DNA from: Bacteroidota bacterium
GTDB taxonomy: Bacteria; Bacteroidota; Ignavibacteria; UBA10030; UBA8401
Direction of reading: 5' to 3'
NCBI GenBank assembly: GCA_027622375.1
Contig: JAQCAB010000002.1
Location: 95,663 to 159,662 of the forward strand
DNA: 64,000 nt
Shown: positions 39,360 to 48,015 of the stretch, piece after piece
How positions within the stretch are numbered: the first letter of the stretch is position 1
Layout: every line of letters begins with the position of its first letter
Made by a program: the position numbers and the translations under genes
The notes under the pieces: generated by a model
The model's database searches: none
What the model was told of the DNA's origin: nothing
The model's input: the letters and a program-made list of their open reading frames with translations, nothing else

Positions 39360-41564
39360 TTATCTAATAATTGCAATTTTAGCATATCCAACTTTAGCGC
39401 CTTCTAAGTCATACGCAATAGCAAAATAAATTCCGCTCGAAACAAAATTTCCAACATTATCTTTACCATCCCAAAAACCTTGCCCGCCACCTTGAGCATC
39501 AAATTGATTTATTAATGTCCCCGAAGAAGATAAAATCTTAATAAGACAATTTTTTGTCAAACCAGAAATTGTTATGGCGTTATTATTTGTAATTCTAAAA
39601 GGTTGAGGAGAAATTGAAAGCTTATCTAATTTTTCTGAAGGAACAATAAATGGAATTGTAAAACTTGAGAGCCCTTTATCGGTACCGGCATAAACAATTC
39701 CTTTTTGTTCATCAATCGCAAGCGAAAGAATATTATTACTTACAAGTTTTCCAGAAGTTGTTGAAGTGCTGTAATGATTTATAAGTATAGTTCCATCGGG
39801 CGAAAGGCAATAAATTCCCTGAGGTGTTCCAATCCATTTATTATTAATTCCATCAACCGCCATACAATTTATCATCTGCTCTCTTATTACTCCCAAATAA
39901 ACTTTTGAAATATTTTTTGTTGGAGTAGTTGGATTATTTATAATTGAAATACCGGAAGTTGTGCCAAGCCAAATATCTCCATCTTTTCCACCAACAATTG
40001 AGGTAATTTGCGAATTTGTTAATCCATTTGCATCTGTAATAATTCCCCAATTATCACTTGTGTTTGCAATGTTTATTTTATCATTATAGAAAACACAAAG
40101 CGCGTTCGGTGTAAAACCAGTTAAACTATTTATAAACCATTTCGTTCCATTATTGTCAATAAATAATCCCAGAATATTTATGTAGTTATTATTTAGTGAA
40201 GTTTTATAAGAGGTCCAAACAGAATCCGGTGTCATTTTCCACAAAACATTTAAAGTTGTTGGACGGTAAAGTGAAATCCATAAATTATTTTCTTTGTCAA
40301 ATGAGTTGCCACCAGATACAATAAATGTTGGATCGTCAGCACCTGCAAAGCCGGGATAATTATTATCAAAAGTTTTTAAAACTTTTCCCTCTTTACTAAC
40401 CAAAACAATTCCCTTACCCCAGGAGCTAATTAATTTTTCATTTGTTGGTGTGATTGTGATATTAAAAAAGTCATTACTTTTTAATTTTGGTTCAGTATCA
40501 ACATTATAGTTTGTCCAAGTTGATCCATTATATCTATAAAATCCGTAACCACTACTTCTACCGGATGTAGCCCAAATATCTCCATTTTTATCAATCGCAA
40601 CTGAAGAAAAATAATTTTTTGAAGGAGAGTTTGGAGAATAAATTAACCACTTATTATTTTGTAACTGAGCAACACCATTTGATTTTATTCCAACAAGAAG
40701 TTGTTTTTGAGAACTGATAACTCCATCTGTTAAACTATTTATTGAGGTTGGCCCATATTGATTAATAACACCAGATTTTGAAAATTGTTTAATTGTATTT
40801 TCCTGAAAAATATAAATTAAGCTATCTCTCTTAATTAATTTTAAAGAAGGTTGATTCAAATTGTTAACAACACTCCATTCATTATTTATCAAAGAAAAAA
40901 CTCCCGAAGTAGTTGCTGCAAACATTTTATTATCGAACAAACAAAGCGAAGTACTTTTATTAAAAGTTGTTTGCCACGATTCAGGGGCCGATAAATTTGT
41001 TGCATTTATTTTTGAAACAGCAATTCCTTTTTCAGTTGCTAAAAATAACTGACCATTAAAACTTAAAACATCGTAAACCATTGTTTGGCTAAAATCACCA
41101 AAATTATTATAAGTGTCTAAAAACTCTTTACGCGAAAGGGAATAAAGTGAAACCCCAAAATCAGTTGCAATAAACATTGTATCACCAGAATTATAAAAAT
41201 TGTTAATGCCTTTCTGGTTTTTTAGAGATAAGAAAATATCTTTAATAGAGTTTATTGAATTTGTTGTTGGATCCAAAACATCAATCATTCCAGATAACGA
41301 ACCAATCCAAACTAAACCATTTTTATCAATCTCAATTGCTGTTGCATCATTTGATGACAATCCATCTACATTTGTAAATTTTGTAACGGTTGAATCAATT
41401 TGATTTAATTTATAAACACCACCAGTTGTTGCAACCCATAAAATATTATTTACTGATGTCATTGCCTTAACGTCATTCATAGAAGTAAAACTTTTCCAAG
41501 TTTGCGCAGTTGTTGAAAAAAATAAAAAATCTAAAAAAATAAACAGCAACAATAATCTCGACAC
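39360..41564 (-). CDS. Secreted beta-propeller protein (two-component-regulator-propeller-like repeats) with T9SS-type C-terminal domain
   Basis: Signal peptide and repeated 'GGVYKL / GLSSND...IDKNGLVWIGS' propeller blades. C-terminal 'GIYFAIAYDLEGAKVGYAKIAIIR'. Confidence 0.55.
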   Translation of the reverse strand: MSRLLLLFIFLDFLFFSTTAQTWKSFTSMNDVKAMTSVNNILWVATTGGVYKLNQIDSTVTKFTNVDGLSSNDATAIEIDKNGLVWIGSLSGMIDVLDPTTNSINSIKDIFLSLKNQKGINNFYNSGDTMFIATDFGVSLYSLSRKEFLDTYNNFGDFSQTMVYDVLSFNGQLFLATEKGIAVSKINATNLSAPESWQTTFNKSTSLCLFDNKMFAATTSGVFSLINNEWSVVNNLNQPSLKLIKRDSLIYIFQENTIKQFSKSGVINQYGPTSINSLTDGVISSQKQLLVGIKSNGVAQLQNNKWLIYSPNSPSKNYFSSVAIDKNGDIWATSGRSSGYGFYRYNGSTWTNYNVDTEPKLKSNDFFNITITPTNEKLISSWGKGIVLVSKEGKVLKTFDNNYPGFAGADDPTFIVSGGNSFDKENNLWISLYRPTTLNVLWKMTPDSVWTSYKTSLNNNYINILGLFIDNNGTKWFINSLTGFTPNALCVFYNDKINIANTSDNWGIITDANGLTNSQITSIVGGKDGDIWLGTTSGISIINNPTTPTKNISKVYLGVIREQMINCMAVDGINNKWIGTPQGIYCLSPDGTILINHYSTSTTSGKLVSNNILSLAIDEQKGIVYAGTDKGLSSFTIPFIVPSEKLDKLSISPQPFRITNNNAITISGLTKNCLIKILSSSGTLINQFDAQGGGQGFWDGKDNVGNFVSSGIYFAIAYDLEGAKVGYAKIAIIR

Positions 41565-41574
41565 AATAAAATTC

Positions 41575-42411
41575 CTAAATAACTTTATTTGAAAAAAGTC
41601 TTCGTTTCATCGCTTCAATAGAGTTTGAATCGACAAAATAATTTCCAAGAGCGGTGTCATCATTTCTTCTTCCGCCATGAAAATCTGAACCACCTGAACC
41701 AAGTAAAAAATATTGACTCACAATGTTTTGATAATGATTTGTTAATTCAATTGTATGCGATGGATGAATAACTTCAATTCCATCCACACCTGCTGAAATA
41801 ATACTTTGCAACATATCGCTTGAAGTTTGCCTCCCGGGATGAGCAAGAAAAGATAAACCGCCAGCTGATGAAATTAATTGAATTGTTTGTTCGGGACTCA
41901 TCACAAATTTTTTTTCGTAAGCAGGACAATTATTTCCAATTAATTTTTCAAACGCTTCCTGGTAATTCGAAATAAATTTTTCATCAACAAGTGCCATTGC
42001 AATATGTGGTCTCCCAATTGCGCCCCCTTTTGCTTTTTGTAGAACTGAATCAAATTTTAGAGGAATTTTTAATTTATTTAATTTTTCAACAATTCTTTCT
42101 GCTCTTCTAACTCTTTCAAGTCTGAAAAAAGTTAAATAATCTTTTAATCTTTGATTATTAAAATCAATAAAATAACCAAGTATATGATACTCTTTTACAC
42201 CATCTGTTGCGCTTAACTCAACACCAGGTATAATTTCCATATTAAAAATTTTTGCTTCTTCGGCTGCTTCATTAAATGATTCTGTAGAATCATGATCTGT
42301 AATACTTATAGTATTTAAATTTTTTGAATTACATTTTTGAATTAATTCTTTTGGAGAGAACACACCATCTGAAAATGAGGTGTGCATATGAAGGTCAGCT
42401 TTTATTTTCAC
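41575..42411 (-). CDS. PHP-domain phosphoesterase
   Basis: 'ADLHMHTSFSDG' and 'ISITDHD' PHP motifs. Confidence 0.8.
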   Translation of the reverse strand: MKIKADLHMHTSFSDGVFSPKELIQKCNSKNLNTISITDHDSTESFNEAAEEAKIFNMEIIPGVELSATDGVKEYHILGYFIDFNNQRLKDYLTFFRLERVRRAERIVEKLNKLKIPLKFDSVLQKAKGGAIGRPHIAMALVDEKFISNYQEAFEKLIGNNCPAYEKKFVMSPEQTIQLISSAGGLSFLAHPGRQTSSDMLQSIISAGVDGIEVIHPSHTIELTNHYQNIVSQYFLLGSGGSDFHGGRRNDDTALGNYFVDSNSIEAMKRRLFSNKVI

Positions 42412-42474
42412 AATTCTAATATCCTCTCATACAACATCAAGTCTCAACTTAACAAAACAAATCTTTTTAACTTA

Positions 42475-43161
42475 TCAAGTATAAAGTTGTTTAAACTTTT
42501 CGTAATCAGTAATAATAAGTTTGTTCCCTTGTAGTCGAAGTTGACCTTTTTTAATAAATTTATGGAGTGTTCTGGAGATTGTCTCTCGAGCAGTTCCGGC
42601 CATATTTGCGATATCTTGTTGCATTGGCAAATCATCAATTTCAACTTTTCCTTTTCTAAAAAAACCAATATCGTCAGCCAACTGTAACACAACAGTTGCA
42701 ACTCTTCCCGTTGCGTCTTTAAGTGAAAGAGATTTTATTTGTGCATCAGCTTTACGTAATCGATTTGTTAACTCGCGTAAAAGTGCAACACCAACAATTG
42801 GATGACTGTGTAAAAGTTTTAAAAAATCGTGACGTTGAATTACAAAAATTTCTGCTTTTGCTGTTGCAACAACTGTTGCTGATCTTGTTTGGCCATCCAA
42901 GATTGCCATCTCACCAAAAAAATCACTCGGGCCAAGAATTGATAAAATTACTTCGCGTCCTTCTTCGTCCATCCGAACAACTTTTACTTTTCCATTTACA
43001 ATTACAAACATCGAAGCAGCCGATTCTTTTTCTAATAAAATTACACCACCTTTATTAAATTTTTTTCGCGAGCCTAATTGTGTTATTCTTTCTAATTCAA
43101 GATCTGTTAGATCGCTAAAAATTGGAACATATTTTAAAAATTCGATGTCGGCTTTGCTCAT
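42475..43161 (-). CDS. Crp/Fnr family transcriptional regulator
   Basis: cNMP-binding domain 'GDFFGEMAIL' plus a C-terminal HTH 'QQDIANMAGTARETISRTL'. Confidence 0.85.
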   Translation of the reverse strand: MSKADIEFLKYVPIFSDLTDLELERITQLGSRKKFNKGGVILLEKESAASMFVIVNGKVKVVRMDEEGREVILSILGPSDFFGEMAILDGQTRSATVVATAKAEIFVIQRHDFLKLLHSHPIVGVALLRELTNRLRKADAQIKSLSLKDATGRVATVVLQLADDIGFFRKGKVEIDDLPMQQDIANMAGTARETISRTLHKFIKKGQLRLQGNKLIITDYEKFKQLYT

Positions 43162-43257
43162 AATTAAGAAAATATAGACGTGATAAGGCTCAAAAGCAAA
43201 TAAAGATTTTTAGTTGCAATTACTTGATTTTCTGCAAATTTACTATAACTTATATAT

Positions 43258-44265
43258 ATGAAAAAGTTATTGGTATCTATTTTTGTTATGGTCATTTGGT
43301 TCGGTTGCGAAGATTCTCTTATAGATCCAATTTCAGGAGATGATCCTACAACAATTCCAGATTTGTACCATAACCCAGTTAATTGGATTTCTTTTTCAGC
43401 TGATGGCAATTATTTAATTACCACTTCACCCGAAGATCAAAATTTTTGGTCAGCATTATTAGTTAGAAAGGTACCAAGTTTTGATACTTCAGATTTTCAA
43501 ATTCCTGATACATTAATTTCTAATGGATCGATAGTTGTTCATAGTGCAATAATTACAAAAAACTTTGAAACAAATAAAAAATATTTTATTGTTGGTAGTA
43601 ATGGTGGAGCAAATTTGTATGAATATAAAACAACAGGTGGTGCTAAGCTTTTTACTAGAATTTCGATAACTGGAAATGTAACTCAACTAGCTATTTATAA
43701 TGATTCATTACTTGCTTGTGGATCGAGTACGGGTATTATAAAAATTTGGAATTTGGTTAGCAATAACTTAATTAAAACAATTTCGGCACATAGTGGGGAA
43801 ATTACTGGTTTAGCAATAACTGAAAATGGTAAGTCAATTATCTCAAGCTCTTTGGATAATTCGATTGTAATTTGGAGAATTTCTGATGGTAAACCACTTC
43901 ATACTATGTATCATAATAATAGTGTAACTGGAATATCAATTAGTCCCGATGAAAAATATCTTGTTAGTGTTGGGCTCGATAAAAATATAAATATTTGGAA
44001 TCCTATTAATGGCGATTGGTATAGAACAATAAAAGATAATGATTGGATAAATGCAGTTGTATTTAGCCCAGATAAAAAAACAATTGCTACTGGGGGTGAT
44101 GATAATATTGTAAAACTTTGGGATGTATCAACAGGGAAGAAATATAACAATGGCGAGATAACAAATCATACAAATCGAATACTTGCTCTTGCATATAGTA
44201 TTGATGGAAAATATTTAGCATCAAGCGCAGCAGATAAAAAACTTGTTATTACAAAAATGAAATAA
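43258..44265 (+). CDS. WD40-repeat lipoprotein
   Basis: Lipobox 'WFGCEDS' and multiple WD40-like repeats ('IKIWNL', 'IVIWRI', 'INIWNP', 'VKLWDV'). Confidence 0.75.
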   Translation: MKKLLVSIFVMVIWFGCEDSLIDPISGDDPTTIPDLYHNPVNWISFSADGNYLITTSPEDQNFWSALLVRKVPSFDTSDFQIPDTLISNGSIVVHSAIITKNFETNKKYFIVGSNGGANLYEYKTTGGAKLFTRISITGNVTQLAIYNDSLLACGSSTGIIKIWNLVSNNLIKTISAHSGEITGLAITENGKSIISSSLDNSIVIWRISDGKPLHTMYHNNSVTGISISPDEKYLVSVGLDKNINIWNPINGDWYRTIKDNDWINAVVFSPDKKTIATGGDDNIVKLWDVSTGKKYNNGEITNHTNRILALAYSIDGKYLASSAADKKLVITKMK

Positions 44266-44266
44266 T

Positions 44267-44644
44267 ATGTACACATCAACTACAGAAAATATAGAAGTCT
44301 CAGTTCAGCCAGTTTACCTTGATGGACAATCGAACTGGATGGAAAAAAAATTTACATTTGCATACTTTATTAAAATAACTAATAGTAGTAATTCGCCAGT
44401 AAAATTATTACGCCGGCATTGGTATATAACTGATGGAGATGCTGCTGTAAAAGAAGTTGAAGGGATTGGTGTTGTTGGCAAGCAACCAATAATTAAACCT
44501 GGTAAATCGCATAAATATAATAGCTTTTGTGTATTGGAAAATATGGAAGGATCTATGAGTGGCACATATTTAATGAAGCGGGGAAGTGAAGAAGTATTTA
44601 AAATTTCTATTCCAAAATTTGCATTAAGAGCTAACGCAAACTAA
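44267..44644 (+). CDS. apaG: ApaG-domain protein
   Basis: 'VSVQPVYLDGQS...FAYFIKITNSSNSPVKLLRRHWYITDGDAAVKEVEGIGVVGKQPIIKPG' is the ApaG/DUF525 pattern. Confidence 0.8.
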   Translation: MYTSTTENIEVSVQPVYLDGQSNWMEKKFTFAYFIKITNSSNSPVKLLRRHWYITDGDAAVKEVEGIGVVGKQPIIKPGKSHKYNSFCVLENMEGSMSGTYLMKRGSEEVFKISIPKFALRANAN

Positions 44645-44663
44645 TTTTTTTTGATATAAAATA

Positions 44664-44699
44664 AAAAAGGCACTCTTTTACGAGTGCCTTTTTAAATTT
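44664..44699. terminator. Bidirectional rho-independent terminator between convergent apaG and the EF-hand gene
   Basis: AAAAAA-GGCACTC-ttttac-GAGTGCC-TTTTT: a 7-bp GC-containing stem flanked by an A-run and a T-run. Confidence 0.7.
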
Positions 44700-44714
44700 A
44701 AAAGAGAAATTTAA

Positions 44715-45269
44715 TTAATCCTTAAATTCTTCTTTGTTCAAAGACCCATCACCATTTTTATCACGTTTTTTAAATTCATCTTCCCAATTTGGGTCACTTC
44801 CGAATGCCATTTTGGCTTCATTTTTACTGACTTTGCCATCATTATTTTTATCTACAGTTTCAAATGATGGGCCTTGCTGACCGCCTTGCTGACCGCCTTG
44901 TTGACCACCTTGCTGACCGCCTTGTTGACCACCTTGCTGACCACCTTGTTGACCACCACCAGTTCCTTGTCGTGCTAAAAATTCATTTTTATCTAAAACA
45001 CCATCACCATTTTTATCACGTTTATTAAATTTATCTTCCCAATTTGTGTCACTTCCGAATGCCATTTTAGCTTCATTTTTACTGACTTTGCCATCATTAT
45101 TTTTATCTACAGTTTCAAATGATGGGCCTTGCTGACCGCCTTGCTGACCGCCTTGTTGACCACCTTGTTGACCACCTTGTTGACCACCTTGTTGACCACC
45201 ACCAGTTGGAGGTTGATAACCACCTGGAGGACGTTGACCACCGCTACCTTGGCCAGCAGCTTTTTTATA
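44715..45269 (-). pseudogene. Secreted EF-hand repeat calcium-binding protein, 3' portion (distal to insert 2)
   Basis: EF-hand loops 'DKNNDGKVSKNE' and 'DKNGDGVLDKNEF' with GGQQ linker repeats. The frame is open upstream to 45278 with no start codon, and it continues the 46942-47220 fragment if the insert is removed. Confidence 0.7.
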
Positions 45270-45290
45270 ACATAAATTTTAAGTCGTGTC
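44795..45290. repeat. Near-identical tandem direct repeats of about 243 bp inside the EF-hand gene, containing (GGTTGNTGACC)n GGQQ-coding microrepeats
   Basis: 'gtcacttccgaatgccatttt(a/g)gcttcatttttactgactttgccatcattatttttatctacagtttcaaatgatgggccttgctgaccgcc...' occurs at about 44805 and again at about 45048. Confidence 0.8.
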
Positions 45291-45311
45291 AATCTAGACT
45301 ATTATCACAGG

Positions 45312-46637
45312 TTAAACGTCAAAAATCGAGTCTGGTTGAAGGGTTGCTTCCATTACGGTTTTCCATAAACGTCCATTAGGATCTACTCTATTCCGTGATT
45401 TTATAGCCATTTCTATAGGAACATTGATGAAATGATGATTCCAATACCCTATCATCATATTAGTTTTACCTGACATAGCAGCATGTACTGCATTTTGGCC
45501 TAGCTCTAAGCAATATGTGGAATCTATAGCATTTGCAGGTACTCCTCTTATTATATAGCTGGGATCTATATATTTAAGATTAATATTCCTGCCCTTATTC
45601 TTAAAGTACTCGGGAATCGTGCCTTTGAGATAAAGACCTATATCTCTTAATTTTAAATTCCCCGATTTATCCCTTTGCTCTAGATATGAATTGTTTTCCA
45701 TTAAATATTGTCCGGCACCTTCAGCTACAACTACAACTGCATGTCCTTTTCTGTCTAGGCGTTTTTCTAATGAGTTTAATAATCCGCCGCTACCTTCAAG
45801 TTTAAATGGGACTTCCGGGATTAGACAGTAATTTACATCTCTATTCGCTAATGTCGCATGGGCAGCGATATACCCGGAATGTCTGCCCATAAGCTTTACT
45901 AAACCTATACAATTTGGGGCTCCGCTCGCCTCTACATGGGCACAGGATATTACTGACATTGCTTTTTCAACTGCTGTTTGAAACCCAAATGACATTTTTA
46001 CATAATTAAGATCATTATCAATAGTCTTAGGTAAAGCGATTATAGAAATACCAAGGTTTTGATTTTTTATTTCTTCGTTTATTTCTTTTGCCCCTCGCAT
46101 TGTCCCATCGCCGCCAATGATAAATAAAATATTAATTTTATTTTTTTTCAATGTTTGTACTATGTCTTTAGTGTCCCGCGGCCCCCTTGAGGAGCCTAGT
46201 ACAGTACCACCAAGCCTATGTAAACCATCAACGTTTTCAACAGTTAAATTTAATGGTTCTTCTATAGAATCTTTTGTTATACCTAAGTACCCATACTTAA
46301 ACCCTAAGATCCTTCTTACTCCATACCTTTCACTAAGCTCTGAAACTATAGACTGTATAACATCATTGAGTCCGGGACATAGACCGCCGCATGTCACTAT
46401 ACCGCATGATATTTTTGGTGGGTCAAAATGGATTTTATCTTTAGGCCCTGCTATCTCGAAGAATGTAATACCGTTTTTCTTCTCTTCCTTTTCTAACTCA
46501 CTACTATGGGTATTGTATACTATACAATCGTCTCCAACAAAAGTTGAGCTTTTGCTAGAGCATAATGGTGAAGGTATCTTTGCTTCACCGACAGTATCTA
46601 TGTGTATTTTATTTATTTTAATAGTTTGTGCCTTAAG
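45312..46637 (-). CDS. pfk: 6-phosphofructokinase, plant/long-type ('GIVTCGGLCPGLN...GGDGT...MGR...PKTIDND'), in a foreign-composition segment with no canonical start codon
   Basis: All the PFK catalytic motifs are present. The in-frame 5' extension (80 codons, ending 'AGPKDKIHFDPPKISCGIV') is homologous to plant-type PFK N-termini but contains no ATG, GTG or TTG. The only alternate start is the GTG at 46395-46397, inside the conserved 'IVTCGG'. Confidence 0.7.
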   Translation of the reverse strand, partial: LKAQTIKINKIHIDTVGEAKIPSPLCSSKSSTFVGDDCIVYNTHSSELEKEEKKNGITFFEIAGPKDKIHFDPPKISCGIVTCGGLCPGLNDVIQSIVSELSERYGVRRILGFKYGYLGITKDSIEEPLNLTVENVDGLHRLGGTVLGSSRGPRDTKDIVQTLKKNKINILFIIGGDGTMRGAKEINEEIKNQNLGISIIALPKTIDNDLNYVKMSFGFQTAVEKAMSVISCAHVEASGAPNCIGLVKLMGRHSGYIAAHATLANRDVNYCLIPEVPFKLEGSGGLLNSLEKRLDRKGHAVVVVAEGAGQYLMENNSYLEQRDKSGNLKLRDIGLYLKGTIPEYFKNKGRNINLKYIDPSYIIRGVPANAIDSTYCLELGQNAVHAAMSGKTNMMIGYWNHHFINVPIEMAIKSRNRVDPNGRLWKTVMEATLQPDSIFDV

Positions 46638-46649
46638 TTACATAACCTA

Positions 46650-46941
46650 TTATTTACCGGCCCCACTCATAAACCCTGTTAATACATCATCAAATGTTGT
46701 GAAACTTTTAGTATAAAATGACTTCTGTTTTAAAGCATTACGCCATTTTACAACATTTTTATAAGGTGATATATCTAACCCGGATGCCTCTGAAGGATCA
46801 AGCATAGCTAATAAAGTTATATCTGCTAAACTAAAAGCCTCTCCTGACAAATATTCATTTTTTCCTAATTGCGCATCAACTATAGGCAAAAATCTGGCAT
46901 AAAATCTTATACCGTCTTTCTTCGATAGTTCATCAACTTCC
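46650..46941 (-). pseudogene. Glutathione S-transferase C-terminal-domain fragment (5'-truncated)
   Basis: 'RFYARFLPIVDAQLGKNEYLSGEAFSLADITLLAMLDPSEASGLDISPYKNVVKWRNALKQKSFY' is a GST alpha-helical C-domain with no thioredoxin-like N-domain. The part of the track ORF upstream of 46941 is spurious. Confidence 0.6.
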
Positions 46942-47220
46942 ATACCCATCATTATTTTTATCACGATTATCAAACTCAGTTTGCCAATTTGGATCGCCAC
47001 CAAATTTAGCTTTTGCTTCGTCCATACTAATTTTACCGTCGTGATTTGAATCAACATCACCAAATTGCATCGGTTGTTGACCACCACCTGGTGGAGGACC
47101 TTGTGGTGCGCCTCCCGGTGGATATTGACCCCCGGTTGGGGGTCGTGTTCCTCCCTGGCTATATGAGTCAACATATAGTATTAGAAGAAACAGAAAAACT
47201 AAACTTATTACATTTCTCAT
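46942..47220 (-). pseudogene. Secreted EF-hand repeat protein, 5' portion (signal peptide plus first EF-hand), truncated at insert 2
   Basis: 'MRNVISLVFLFLLILYVDSYSQ' signal peptide, a PPGG-rich linker and the EF loop 'DSNHDGKISMDEAKAKFGGDPNWQTEFDNRDKNNDG'. A strong SD 'AGGAGGT' lies upstream of the ATG. Confidence 0.7.
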
Positions 47221-47387
47221 TGTACCTCCTTAATAATTATTAATTAATGAACCATACTATTTTAATTCTAATTGAAAGTCAAGTTAAAAAAATCTTATGG
47301 TGATTTTAAACACACAATAACAAAAGTCTCAATAAACATTGAGCTTTTCTAATAAATTGTATAAATATTTTTAAAGTAATCCCATAA

Positions 47388-48014
47388 TTAAAAAAATAAT
47401 TTTAATTTGTTTTTTTGTAAAACAAATTTTAAAACCGCATCATGTACTTGTTCAATTGGTAAAACACCATCAATTATTTTAATTCGTTCAGGTTCTTCTT
47501 GTGATAAGATTAAATAACCATTTCTGACTTTCTCAAAAAAATCAATTTTATTTTCTTCCATCCTGTCATTTATTTTTTTAGAAGTTTGAGATCGTTTAAT
47601 CATTTCATCAACAGGAATATCAATTACAAAGGTAAAATCTGGTTTTAAATTTTGAGTAGCAAAGTTATTTATTTTATTTACAAACTCTCTATTTAATCCT
47701 CTGCCAAAAGATTGATATGCAGTTGTTGAATCATAAAACCGATCGCACAAAACAATATTTCCTTTTTTAACTTCCGGCGAGATTACATTTTTTACTAAGT
47801 TTGCGCGCGCTGCTGTAAATAATAAAAGTTCTTCTTCAGCATTAATTGAAAATTGTTTATTTAATAAAATTGATCTAATCGCTTCGGCAACTGGAGTTCC
47901 ACCAGGCTCACGTAGTATTAAAACTCTTTTATTGTGACTTATTAAATATTCAGCTAATTTTTGAAGTTGTGTTGATTTGCCTGATGAATCTATTCCTTCG
48001 AAGGTAATAAACAT
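47388..48014 (-). CDS. tmk: Thymidylate kinase
   Basis: 'MFITFEGIDSSGKSTQ' P-loop. The start is more likely the internal M than the track's extended start. Confidence 0.9.
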   Translation of the reverse strand: MFITFEGIDSSGKSTQLQKLAEYLISHNKRVLILREPGGTPVAEAIRSILLNKQFSINAEEELLLFTAARANLVKNVISPEVKKGNIVLCDRFYDSTTAYQSFGRGLNREFVNKINNFATQNLKPDFTFVIDIPVDEMIKRSQTSKKINDRMEENKIDFFEKVRNGYLILSQEEPERIKIIDGVLPIEQVHDAVLKFVLQKNKLKLFF

Positions 48015-48015
48015 T

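Noticed and set aside
42444-42701. ORF 42444-42701(-), 85 aa, overlapping the 3' end of the Crp/Fnr gene.
   Set aside because: It is an alternate frame of the crp C-terminus and downstream spacer, with no support.
44880-45200. Possible CRISPR-like or simple-sequence array: (CCTTGCTGACCG / CCTTGTTGACCA)n repeats.
   Set aside because: They are in-frame coding microrepeats for GGQQ linkers inside the EF-hand gene, with no spacer-repeat architecture. The ORFs 45107-45292(-) and 45119-45379(+) are frame artefacts of these repeats.
45293-45298. TCTAGA (XbaI) site about 25 bp inside the insert-2 boundary, and GGATCC at 7000 near insert 1. These could be cloning scars.
   Set aside because: Six-bp palindromes are expected by chance every few kb. 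The sites are not exactly at the junctions. This is not evidence by itself.
46942-47174. N-terminal 78 residues of track ORF 46650-47174 (MLTHIAREEHDPQPG...).
   Set aside because: This part is an out-of-frame read through the native EF-hand gene 5' portion. Only the GST-like C-terminal part (46650 to about 46941) has homology.
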